Shown here piece by piece: positions 1 through 10,010 of a DNA stretch of 64,000 bases. The notes beneath the pieces are model-generated. The model was not told the origin of the DNA, made no database searches, and was given only the letters and a program-made list of their open reading frames with translations. Origin of the DNA: Somniosus microcephalus (Eukaryota). The stretch is taken from assembly GCA_052327205.1 (NCBI GenBank), contig CM126210.1:197842001-197906000 (forward strand), given 5' to 3'. A program made the position numbers and the translations under genes. How positions within the stretch are numbered: position 1 is the stretch's first letter; the number at the start of each line of letters is the position of its first letter.

Positions 1-107
1 TCCTGCACATCATTGGGGCCATGAGGACCTAAGCCTACACTGACATCCCTCCTAGAGAGATCTATGAGCCTCTGCCATCTGTTCGCCATAGGTAGCATGT
101 GCTCATA

Positions 108-455
108 AGAACATAAGAAATAGGAGCAGGAGTAGGCCAATCGGCCCCTCGAGCCTGCTCCGCCATTCAATAAGATCATGGCTGATCTGATCCTAACCGC
201 CAATCTACTATCACAGAACCATCTCCTGAATCTAACAGAATTAGACACACGAAATAGGAGTAGGATCAGGCTACACGGCCCCTGGGCCCGCTCCGCTACC
301 CACAGGGTCATGACCGATCTGAACCTAGACTCATGTCCAAATTCCTGCCCGCTCCCCATAACCCTTTATTCCCTTTACTTCTAGGAAACTGTCTATTTCT
401 GTTTTAAATTTATGTAATGATGTAGCTTCTACAGCTTTTTGGGGCAGCATATTCC
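108..455 (-). mobile_element. CR1 LINE 3' fragment with two tandem 3' stem-loop regions, inserted in the Harbinger
   Basis: Reverse-complement tail (TTCTTATG)2 and GGAGCAGGCTCGAGGGGCC..CCTACTCCTGCTCC hairpin, like the 3' end at 7600-7672. Confidence 0.85.
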
Positions 456-1974
456 ATGGACCTACCACATCAGCTGCTCCATGCAGGTGGCCATTCTATG
501 CATGGAAGAGCCTACAGTTGCCATCGCCTGCAACACGGTGGTGCTCATGTTGGAGATGGACTCCTCCATTCTCTGAACATTTGCAGACATTGCAGTTGCA
601 AAACCTGTCACAGCCTCCTGCAACTCCAGGATCGCCCTCTTTCTGGATGGCCCCCGAGGCTTAGCTTTTGCATGCGTCCTGCACCCTCCACTGCTGTCCC
701 TGTCTCCACCATCTGTTCTTGCTCACTTGTGAGTTGTGACAGACCAGGTGACAACACTACTCTATCTCGTGTGGGTATCTGCGCTGGTGCTAGGTGCGCT
801 TATGTCTGGTGACCGTGCGCCCTCAGAGGCTGGAGGCTCCTCTGAGGTTTCATCTTCCTCTTCCTGCTGGACAGTAGGGAGGGTGCTCTTGATGGACCTG
901 TGGGAGAGTAAAGAGATGAGTTAGATATGTCATATGAAGAATGGGTACAGGTACCATTATGCACATGATGACTAACGTAAGAAAACTACTAGGCACTTGG
1001 TCTAAGCGTTAAACAAAGCTTTAATCAACTGTTTTACAACATGGAGGCCTAGTTGTGTCCTTCACTAGTTCCTGTTAAGAATGTCCTGCGCAAGCTAGGC
1101 CCGTGCCCAAGTATTTATACTCTCCCTGGACAGCGCCACCCGCAGGCCGCTCAGTATTATTTCATAAGTCTTTTTTTCCATGAATGACTGATTCATGTCA
1201 ATGACCATTTAGTGGCTGATGACATCAGCCCCCATATGAGTGACTGAGTTACGCCATGTAGCTGTTTGATATGTAATTCTGTCATCAGGTTGCTGAGATG
1301 TCCCCCTCTCTCCACCTGCTGTAGTGAAGGTGGCAAATGATGGCGTTCCACCTACACTTCTCTCCCTCTCCCCCTTATTGTGGGCTCTCTTTTCCTGCAA
1401 GGAGGGAAAGAAGAGAAGGTTGCATGAGACTGATGGAATGAGTGTAACGAATGGATGGGTTACATCTTTAGAGGGAGACTATGATGGAGTGGGGTGGCAA
1501 TGCCAAGTGGCCTCCTTCTGTGTTGTTAGTTGGTATGATTGCGTTAGGATGAGGGTGAGTGTGAGGCGTGGCTAGTGAGATGGGGCTGTGATAATGTAGA
1601 TAGAGAGGAATGGGTGGAGGTGCAAGGTAAGTTGGTGTGAGTAAGGATGTGCAGGAGCAGGATTGGGAAGGCAGAGTGATGGGGATGTGATGAGAGGCAC
1701 AGCAGGATGAAGTTGAGTGTGGCTTTGCACTCACCTTTCCTGATCTAATGAGATCATTGAAACGTTTGCGGCACTGCACCCAGGTCCTCCTGACAACATC
1801 CCTGCTGTTGACCTCCTCTGCAATTTGGAGCCAGGCTCCTTTGGTCTCCTGGGGAGGTCTCTTCTGCCCATCAGAAGGGAAGAGGACCTCCCTGCATGCT
1901 CTGACTCCCTCCATAAACATATGGAGGGAGTCATCAGAGAACCTGAGTGCAGCCCTCTGCCTCTGTGCAGTCAT
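456..1974 (-). pseudogene. Harbinger accessory Myb/SANT DNA-binding protein gene, spliced (exons about 1974-1735, 1394-1287, 897 leftward), decayed
   Basis: Donor AAG|GTGAGT at 1735/1734. Acceptor TTGCAG|GAA at 1394 gives EKRAHNKGERERSVGG. Acceptor CCCACAG|GTC at 897 gives an acidic S/T-rich segment (EEEDETSEEPPASEG). In-frame stops downstream. Confidence 0.75.
966..1256 (-). mobile_element. Probable solo LTR (about 290 bp) inside the Harbinger intron
   Basis: TG...CA ends. On the minus strand a TATA (GTATAAATA, about 1111-1119) precedes an ATTAAA poly(A)-like signal (about 1020-1025). No clear TSD. Confidence 0.5.
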
Positions 1975-2620
1975 GTTTCCAAGTGTTTAGAACAATCAAA
2001 AGCTCCAGTGCAGTGACTGTACACTCTTAGATGAATCTTCAATTGCAATGTGACCATGGCTCCTTTAAATCTATCGGCTGAAAACATGTCATGGGTGATG
2101 TCATCAGACCCACATCATTTAGTTGGGCTGGGTAATGCGCTGGGTGGGCTTAATAGGCCCCATTGATGCAAAGTCATTTTCTGCAGCAGGATGGAAGCAG
2201 CAATGGGATCGCGACCCAGCATACCAACCGCCCGCACCTGACCCACCTCGGTACAGAAAATTCCGGCCGCATAATCTAAACCAGGAAGTATAAATTAGAA
2301 TATTTAATTCATTGTAATTTTGTTTCATTATTCATTCACGGGATGTGGCCATCGCTGGCAAGGCCAGTATTTATTGCCCATCCCTAATTGCCCTCGAGGA
2401 GGTGGTGGTGAGCTGCCTTCTTGAACCGCTGCAGTCCATGTGGTGAAGGTACTCCCACAGTGCTGTTAGGGAGGGAGTTCCAGGATTTTGACCCAGCGAT
2501 GAAGGATCGGCGATATATTTTCATGTCAGAATGGTGTGTGACTTGGAGGGAAAATTGGAAGTGATGGCGCTCCCATGCACCTGTTGCCCTTGTCCTTCTA
2601 GGTGGTAGGGGCCGCGGATT

Positions 2621-3095
2621 GTGACCAGACTGATTCCTAGGATGTCAGGACTGTCGTATGAGGAGAGATTGGGTCGTCTAAGCCTGTATTCACTAGAGTT
2701 TAGAAGAATGAGAGGGGATCTCATTGAAACGTATAAAATTCTGACAGGGCTAGACAGACTGGATGCAAGGATTATGTTTCCCCTGGCTGGGGGGTCTGGA
2801 ATGAGGGGGTCACAGTCTCAGGATATGGGGTAGGACAATTAGGTCTGAGATGAGGAGAAATTTCTTCACTTAACGGGTGGTGAACCTGTGGAATTCTCTA
2901 CCACCGAAGGCTGTGGAGGCAATATATTTAAGAAGGAGATAGATAGATTTCTAGACACAAAAGGCATCAAGGGGTATGGGGAGAGTGCGGGAATATGGTA
3001 TTGAGATAGAGGATCAGCCATGATCATATTGAATGGCGGGGCAGGCTCGAAGGGCCGAATAGCCTACTCCTGCTCCTATTTTTTCTATGTTTCTA
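2621..3095 (+). mobile_element. CR1 LINE 3' fragment
   Basis: TRLIPRMSGLSYEERLGRLSLYSLEFRRMRGDLIE, 3' hairpin and TTTCTATGTTTCTAT tail. Confidence 0.9.
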
Positions 3096-3414
3096 TTTGG
3101 GAGATGTTGCCGAAGAAGCCTTGGCAAGTTCCTGCAGTGCATCTTGTACATGGTACACACTGCAGACACATTGCGCCAGTGGTGGAGGGAGTAAATGTTT
3201 ACGGTGGTGAATGGGGTGCCAGTCAAGTGGATTGCTTTGCCCTGGATGGTATCAATGTTCTTGAGTGTTGTTGGAGCTGCACTCATCCAGGCAAGTGGAG
3301 AGTATTCCATCACACTCATGACTTGTGCATTGTAGATGGTGGAAATGCTTTGGGGAGTCAGGAGTCAGTGCGGCGGGAGTCTCAGAGCGGCGGCGAGAAT
3401 CTCGGCGGCAGCGG

Positions 3415-3545
3415 CGAGTATTTAAAGCGCGGCGGAGACCAGGTAGGCGTACTAATCTCCAATCTCCGAGAGAGGGAGAGAAGTAAAAAGTAATCGAAGT
3501 GTGACGTCACCAGAAAGCAGGTAAGTGATTGGTTGGTGAGTATTT
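3415..3545 (+). promoter_or_regulatory. Putative internal promoter of the CR1 5'UTR
   Basis: TATTTAAAG 3419-3427, perfect CRE TGACGTCA 3502-3509, reverse CCAAT (ATTGG) 3528-3532, retained CpGs. Confidence 0.5.
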
Positions 3546-3708
3546 CTCTCTTTTTAAACGTTAACTTTGTGGTTTATAGTTTCTAAAGTCTCTGTGGTGT
3601 AGCGGGGACTGTTTGTAAACCAGGGCCCTTAAATATACCATTTAACTGTAGCGTAATTGGTGGGATTGATTTGATTTAATTTAATTGCAATTAATTAAAG
3701 GGTAAGTC

Positions 3709-4659
3709 ATGGCAGGACAGCCGGGTACCATGGTATGCTCCTCCTGCGCTATGTGGAAACTCAGGGACACTTCCTGTGTCCCTGACAACTATGTGTGCAG
3801 GAAGTGTGTCCAGCTGCAGCTACTGGCAGACCGCATTGCGGCGCTGGAGCTGCGATTGGATACATACTGGACTACTCGCGAGGCTGAGGACGTCGTGAAT
3901 AGCACGTTTAATCAGTTGGTCACACCGCAGGCAAAGGTTGGACAGGCAGAAAGGGAACAGGTGACCAACAGACAGAGTACTAGGCACAGGCAGGTAGTGC
4001 AGGGGTCCCCTGTGGCCATCCCCCTCTCAAACAGATACACCACTTTGAGTACTGTTGGGGGGGGTTGCTTATCAGAGGAAGGCAGCAGCAGCCAACTTCC
4101 TGGCACCAGGCGTGGCTCTGCCGCACAGGACGGGAGGAAAAAGAGGGGTAGAGCTATAGTAATAGGGGATTCTATTGTAAGGGGAATAGATAGGCATTTC
4201 TGCGGCCGCAAACGAGACTCCAGGATGGTGTGTTGCCTCCCTGGTGCAAGGGTCAAGGATGTCTCAGAGTGGCTGCAGAACATCTTGGAAGGGGAGGGTG
4301 AACAGCCAGTTGTTGTGATGCATATAGGTACCAACGATATAGGTAAAAAACGTGATGAGGTCCTAAAAGCTGAATATAGGGAGTTAGAAGGTAAATTAAA
4401 AAATAAGACCTCAAAAGTAGTAATCTCAGGATTGCTACCAGTGCCACATGCTAGTCAGAGTAGAAAAAGAAGGATATTTCAGCTGAATACATGGCTAGAG
4501 CAATGCTGCGAGGGGGAGGGATTCAAATTCCTGGGACATTGGAACCGGTTCTGGGGGAGGTGGGACCAGTTCAAACCGGACAGTTTGCACCTGGGCAGGG
4601 CTGGGACCGATGTCCTAGGGGGAGTGTTTGCTAGTGCTCTGGGGGAGGGTTTAAACTAA
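3709..4659 (+). CDS. CR1 ORF1p: zinc finger/leucine zipper plus SGNH esterase domain (316 aa, uninterrupted)
   Basis: CSSC..CRKC, LQLLADRIAALELRL heptads, IVIGDSIVRG, HIGTND and DSLHL SGNH blocks. Confidence 0.9.
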   Translation: MAGQPGTMVCSSCAMWKLRDTSCVPDNYVCRKCVQLQLLADRIAALELRLDTYWTTREAEDVVNSTFNQLVTPQAKVGQAEREQVTNRQSTRHRQVVQGSPVAIPLSNRYTTLSTVGGGCLSEEGSSSQLPGTRRGSAAQDGRKKRGRAIVIGDSIVRGIDRHFCGRKRDSRMVCCLPGARVKDVSEWLQNILEGEGEQPVVVMHIGTNDIGKKRDEVLKAEYRELEGKLKNKTSKVVISGLLPVPHASQSRKRRIFQLNTWLEQCCEGEGFKFLGHWNRFWGRWDQFKPDSLHLGRAGTDVLGGVFASALGEGLN

Positions 4660-7575
4660 AATGGCAGGGGGTTGGGAACTGGAGCAGGGGGACAAAGGAA
4701 AGGGAAACAAGGATAAAAACAAAAGATAGGAAGGAGAAAAACAAAAGTGGCAGTCAGAGAAATCAATGGTTTAAATCAAACATGGCCACAGTAAATAATA
4801 AATCTAATATGTCTAAGAGCGTTAAAAAACCAAGCCTGGCTTTGTGTCTTAATGCGATGAGCATTCGTAATAAAGTGGACATATTAGCTGCGCAAATAGA
4901 GGTAAACGAATATGATTTGATTGGGATTATGGAAACATGGCTCCAGGGTGGCCAAGGTTGGGAACTCAACATTCAAGGTTACTCAATATTCAGGAAAGAT
5001 AGGCAAAAAGGAAAAGGAGGTGGGGTAGCATTGCTGGTTAAAGAAGGGATTAACACAATTGTAAGGAAGGATATTAGCTCTAATGATGTGGAATCTGTAT
5101 GGGTAGAACTGAGAAATACCATGGGGCAGAAAACATTAGTGGGAGTGGTATATAGACCTTCAAACAGTAATGCGGAGGTTGGGGATGGCATTAAGAGGGA
5201 AATTAGAGAAGCGTGCAATATGGGCTAACCAAATTAGTAACAATACTGTGGAGGAGGAATTCCTGGAGTGTTTACGGGATGGTTTCCTGGACCAATATGT
5301 TGAGGAATCAACCAGAGATCAGACCATCTTGGACTGGGTATTATGTAACGAGAAAGGATTAATTAGCAATCTTGTTGTACGAGGCCCCTTGGGTCGGAGC
5401 GATCATAATATGATCAAATCCTTCATTAAGATGGAGAATGAAGCAGTTGACTCAGAGACTAGGGTCCTGAATTTAAATAAAGGAAACTACGATGGTCTGA
5501 GGCATGAGTTGGGTAGGATTGATTGGGGAATGTCACTCAAAGGGTTGACGGTGGATAGGCAATGGCAAACATTCAAAGACTGCATGGATGAACTACAGAA
5601 TTTGTTCATCCCAGTTTGGCATAAAAATAAAACAAAAAAGGTGACTCAACCGTGGCTAACAAGGGAAATAAGGGATAGCATAAGATCCAAGGAGAGGACA
5701 TATAAACTGGCCAGAAAACGCAGTAAACCTGAGGATTGGGAGCAGTTTAGGATTCAACAAAGGAGGACAAAGGGATTAATTAAGAAAGGGAAAATAGAAT
5801 GAGGGTAAGCTTGCAGGGAACATAAAAACTGACTGTAAAAGCTTTTATAGATATGTGAAGAGAAAAAGATTGGTGAAGTCAAGCGTAGGTCCCTTGCAGT
5901 CAGAATCAGGGGAATTTATAATGGGGAACAAAGAAATGGCTAACCAATTAAATACATATTTTGGTTCTGTCTTCACAAAGGAGGACACAAATAACCTCCC
6001 AGAGATGTCAGGGAACATAGGGTCTGATGAAAGGGAGGAACTGAAAGAAATCAGTATTTGTAGGGAAATGGTGTTGGGGAACTTGATGGGATTGAAGGCC
6101 GATAAATCCCCAGGGCCTGATAATCTACATCCTAGGGTACTTAAGGAAGTGGCCCTGGAAATAGTAGATGCATTGCTGATCATCTTCCAACATTTGATAG
6201 AATCTGGAACAGTACCCATGGATTGGAGGGTAGCTAATGTTACCCCACTATTCAAAAAAGGTGGTAGAGAGAAAACAGGGAATTACAGCCTGACATCAGT
6301 AGTGGGGAAAATGCTGGAGTCCATTATAAAAGATGTAATAGCAGAGCACTTGGAAAACAGTGACAGGATCGGACAAAGTCAACATGGATTTACAAAAGGT
6401 AAATCGTGCTTGACTAATCTACTGGAAATTTTTGAGGATGCAACTAGTAAAATAGATAAGGTAGAACCAGTGGATGTAGTGTATTTGGACATTCAGAAGG
6501 CTTTCGATAAGGTCCCACATAAGAGATTAGCGTGTAAAGTTAAGGCGCATGGGATTAGGGGCAAGGTATTGACTTCGATAGAGAACTGGTTGGCAGACAG
6601 AAAGCAAAGAGTTGGAATAAACGGGTCTTTTTCCGAGTGGCAGGCAGTGACTAGTGGGGTACCGCAGGGATCAGTCCTTGGACCCCAGCTATTCACAATA
6701 TATATTAATGATCTAGACAAGGGAACTAGATGTAATATCTCCAAATTTGCAGACGACACAAAGCTGGGTGGGCGTGTGTGCAGTGAGGAGGATGCCAAGA
6801 AACTACAGGATGATTTGGGCAGGTTGGGTGATTGGGCAGGTGCATGGCAGATGCAGTATAATGTGGATAAATGTGAGGTTATCCACTTTGGTGGCAAAAA
6901 CAGGAAGGCAGATTATTATCTGAATGGCAATAGATTGGGAAAAGGGGAAGTGCAATGAGACCTGGGTGTCCTTGTGCACCAGTCGCTGAAGGTAAGCAGC
7001 AGGTGGTTAAGAAGGCAAATGGTATGTTGGCCTTCGTAGCGAGAGGGTTTGAGTACAGGAACAAGGATGTCTTGCTGCAGTTGTACAGGGCCTTGGTGAG
7101 ACCACATCTTGAGTATTGTGTGCAGTTTTGGTCGCCTTATCTGAGGAAGGATGTCCTTGCCATGGAAGGAGTTCAGCGAAAATTCACCAGGCTGATACCT
7201 GGGATGGCAGGAATGATGTATGAGGAGAGATTGGGTCGATTAGGCTTATATTCGCTGGAGTTTAGAAGAATAAGAGGGGATCTCATTGAAACTTATAAAA
7301 TTCTGACAGGACTGGACAGACTAGATGCAGGAAGGATGTTCCCGATGGTCGGGGAGTCCAGAACCAGGGGTCACAGTCTAAGGATAAGGGGTAGGCCATT
7401 TAGGACAGAAATTAGGAGGAATTTCTTCACCCAGAGAGTGGTGAAGCAATGGAATTCTCTACCACAGAAGGCAGTAGAGGCCAATACATTAAATATATTC
7501 AAGAAAGAGTTGGATATATTTCTTAAGGCTAAAGGGATCAAGGGGTATGGGGAGAAAGCAGGGACCGGGTACTGA
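4650..7575 (+). pseudogene. CR1 ORF2 (APE endonuclease + reverse transcriptase), disrupted
   Basis: ETWL, SDHN, QHGF, YLDIQKAFDKV, GVPQGSVLGP and KFADD motifs. The endonuclease GDFN block is missing near 5225, with further breaks near 5800 and 6955. Confidence 0.92.
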
Positions 7576-7887
7576 ATTTGGATGATCAGCCATGATCGCA
7601 TTGAATGGCGGAGCAGGCTCGAGGGGCCAAATAACCTACTCCTGCTCCTATTTTCTATGTTTATGTTTCTATGAGGTGAGACACTCGCTGCAGAATACCC
7701 AGCCTCTGGCCTGCTCTTGTTGCCACAGTATTTATGTGGCTGATCCAGTTAAGATTCTGGTCAATGGTGACCCCTAGGATGTTGATGGTGGGAGATTCAA
7801 TGATGGTAATGCCATTGAATGTCAAGGGGAGGTAGTTTGACTTTCTCTTGTTGGAGATGGTCATTGCCTGGCGCGAATGTTACTTGT

Positions 7888-8382
7888 GTAACATTCAGTA
7901 CAGAAAGTAAAATAATGAGAAGGAAAGAAAAATGGGATTAAGTTAGAGAGAGATAAAAGAGACAGAAAGAAAAAGAAAAATTTTTTTTTTTTTTTTAAAT
8001 CTCAAACAATAATTAAAATCTAAAGGAATGAGACTCCACACTTGTAAAATTACATTTCCAGTGCCAGAGAGGTTATTTGACAGTAATAATGACTTATCAC
8101 GCTGTTAAAAATTCACCAGCCCTAATGTTTTCTGGCGTGTTTAGTAACTAATTGGTAAATACCACAACTTCACGCCCTTACATGGTTTCCAATGCCTAGT
8201 CTCTCAACGAGGTACTGTTATAGCGCAGCCTGTGGAGGAACAGGGTAACTCGGATAACAACCTCTGGGTTTCCACTTGTAACTGTGCATGTGCGGATTCC
8301 AGAAGTTGTTGTCCAATTTACACCATAATAACGGTGAGTGTTGTTAGCCTCGCCATTATTCTCAACGCAAAATCCAGGCCAT
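7888..8382. mobile_element. Non-autonomous DNA transposon fragment (Harbinger-type end)
   Basis: Ends in AAAATCCAGGCC, like the termini at about 2268 and 18920. Confidence 0.5.
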
Positions 8383-9070
8383 TGATTAGAGTTAATGGGT
8401 ATTGCTTGGATTGGAGAAGGGTTGAAAGAGTCAACCCCAAGCCCACATAATTTATATGGATTTGAGCATATGAAACACTATCAAAATTTGCTAATGATAT
8501 GAAATTTGGTGCTATGGAGGCCAGGAAGGGATGTTGAGTGGTCAGCAGTTTAGGGGGCATTGGGTCAAGACTGTAGAAGGTAGACAATATAAGCTTGGAG
8601 ACTGCATGAGGGGACATAGCAGCAAGAAAGAGATTTCACAAAGAGAGTGTCAGATAATTCTACCAGTGTAAAATCGCACAAACATTGGCAATGCAGTTAC
8701 CTTTTATATCAAAGTCAATTAATCACCAAAACTAGTAATTGACCCTATTACAATTTGGGCTTTCCCCCAACACTCTTTAGTCATGCTCACAGCAAAAAGC
8801 TAATTTCCAGAAGCAGACCTACAAACCAAAACTTGTAACTTTATGTGTGGTGTAAATGGCATAGCATGACACAGGTCTAACAGTTACCCTTTTCCATGAT
8901 TTTATGAATTGAAGACCATGTGAACAGCCCACCATGATCTCCTGTCCACTTTGAAAGGCGTTGAATGTCATGCTGTCATACCGTATCATTCAGGCCAATA
9001 TATTTACAAATAAGATAATTGCACAGGAGCAGAAAATGCATAGCAAGTAACTAGCAGTTGATTTGACTCG

Positions 9071-9450
9071 GGTGTCAGCCTCAACTCAGGGGTAACATTC
9101 TCGCCTCTGACTGAGAAAGTTGTGGGATTAGGTCCCACTCCAGAGATTTCAGCATGTAATCTTAGGCTGACATTACAGCACAGTACTGAAGGAGCGATGC
9201 ACTGTCAAAGATGCCCTCTTTCAGATAAAACCGAAGCCCTGTCTGCCCTCCCAGGTGAACGTAAAAAAATCACATGGCACTATTTGAAGAAGCATTTGGA
9301 GGTTCTCCTGGTGTCCTTTATATTTATCCTTTAACCAACATCACAAACTGTTTGGAACATTTCTGTGCATAAATTGGCTGCTGCATTTGCCCATATTACA
9401 AAAGCACTTTATTGGCTGTAAAGCAATATATAAATCCAATTTCTTTTTTT
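9071..9450 (+). mobile_element. DeuSINE (SacSINE1/AmnSINE-like), tRNA-like head and L2-like tail
   Basis: Colinear with the better-preserved copy at 59488-59956. Confidence 0.8.
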
Positions 9451-9571
9451 CTTACCCTATACTTAAACTACTGAAAACACAATAAACAACAACTTGCATG
9501 CACATGAATAATTTATCATCTTTGTAGTTCTTTCCATTATCTTTTAACTGGATTTCTAATAAAACATTATC

Positions 9572-9720
9572 ACTGTGAAATTCCTCGGCGATTCTCCTGA
9601 TCTGCTGCTGTACCTTCAGAGGATCGGTGGAAACCCTGGATACACCACGTAAATGGCGTTTCACCCATCCGTCGGGGAGTTGCACGGCCAATTGGGAGAA
9701 CCCTGGAGCAAATTCCAAGC
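9572..9720. mobile_element. Degenerate palindromic MITE (about 150 bp)
   Basis: GAAATTCCTCGGCGATTCTCCTGATCTG aligns imperfectly with the reverse complement of CCAATTGGGAGAACCCTGGAGCAAATTCC along both arms. Confidence 0.55.
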
Positions 9721-9789
9721 ATATATGGCAAAGACCTTCATGAGTACCTGCTTTACTGCGTTGCAATGAAAGGTACAAACCTGAAACAT

Positions 9790-10010
9790 TATAACATAGA
9801 ATTAACAGCACAGAAACAGGTCATTCGGCCCCACAGGTCTATGCCAGTGTTTATGCTCCACACGTCCCTCCTCGCACATTACTTGATCTCACCCTATCGC
9901 CATGTCCCTCTATTCCTTTAGCCCTCATGTACTTATCTAGCTTCCCCTTAAATGCATCTATGCTATTCACCTCAACCAGTCCATGTGGTCATGATTTCCA
10001 CATTCTCACC
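9790..10010 (-). mobile_element. CR1 3' tail (same subfamily as 54040-56657)
   Basis: Matches the reverse complement of about 56440-56650. Confidence 0.85.

Larger units (their letters stand above)
1..2270 (-). mobile_element. PIF/Harbinger DNA transposon (Myb/SANT-gene half), runs off the left edge of the window
   Basis: Myb/SANT-like ORF (RFSDDSL..F.EGV..REVLFP..W..IAEEVN..RRTWVQCRKRFNDL). Terminal AAAATTCCGGCC at about 2257-2268 resembles the ends of the other Harbinger-type elements in the window. Confidence 0.85.
3364..7672 (+). mobile_element. Near full-length CR1 LINE (5'UTR, ORF1, ORF2, 3' stem-loop, TCTATGTT-type tail)
   Basis: CpG-rich 5'UTR, esterase-type ORF1, APE+RT ORF2, microsatellite tail. 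Confidence 0.95.
2320..7887 (-). mobile_element. LINE family B (CR1 group, tentatively CR1-Zenon-like) 3' fragment split into 2320-2620, 3096-3363 and 7673-7887 by two CR1 insertions
   Basis: The pieces join colinearly with the uninterrupted copy at 21085-22258 (GGAGTCAGGA|GGTGAGACACTCGC). They translate to MEYSPLAWMSAAPTTLK and TISNKR.SN.LPLTFNG. Confidence 0.85.
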
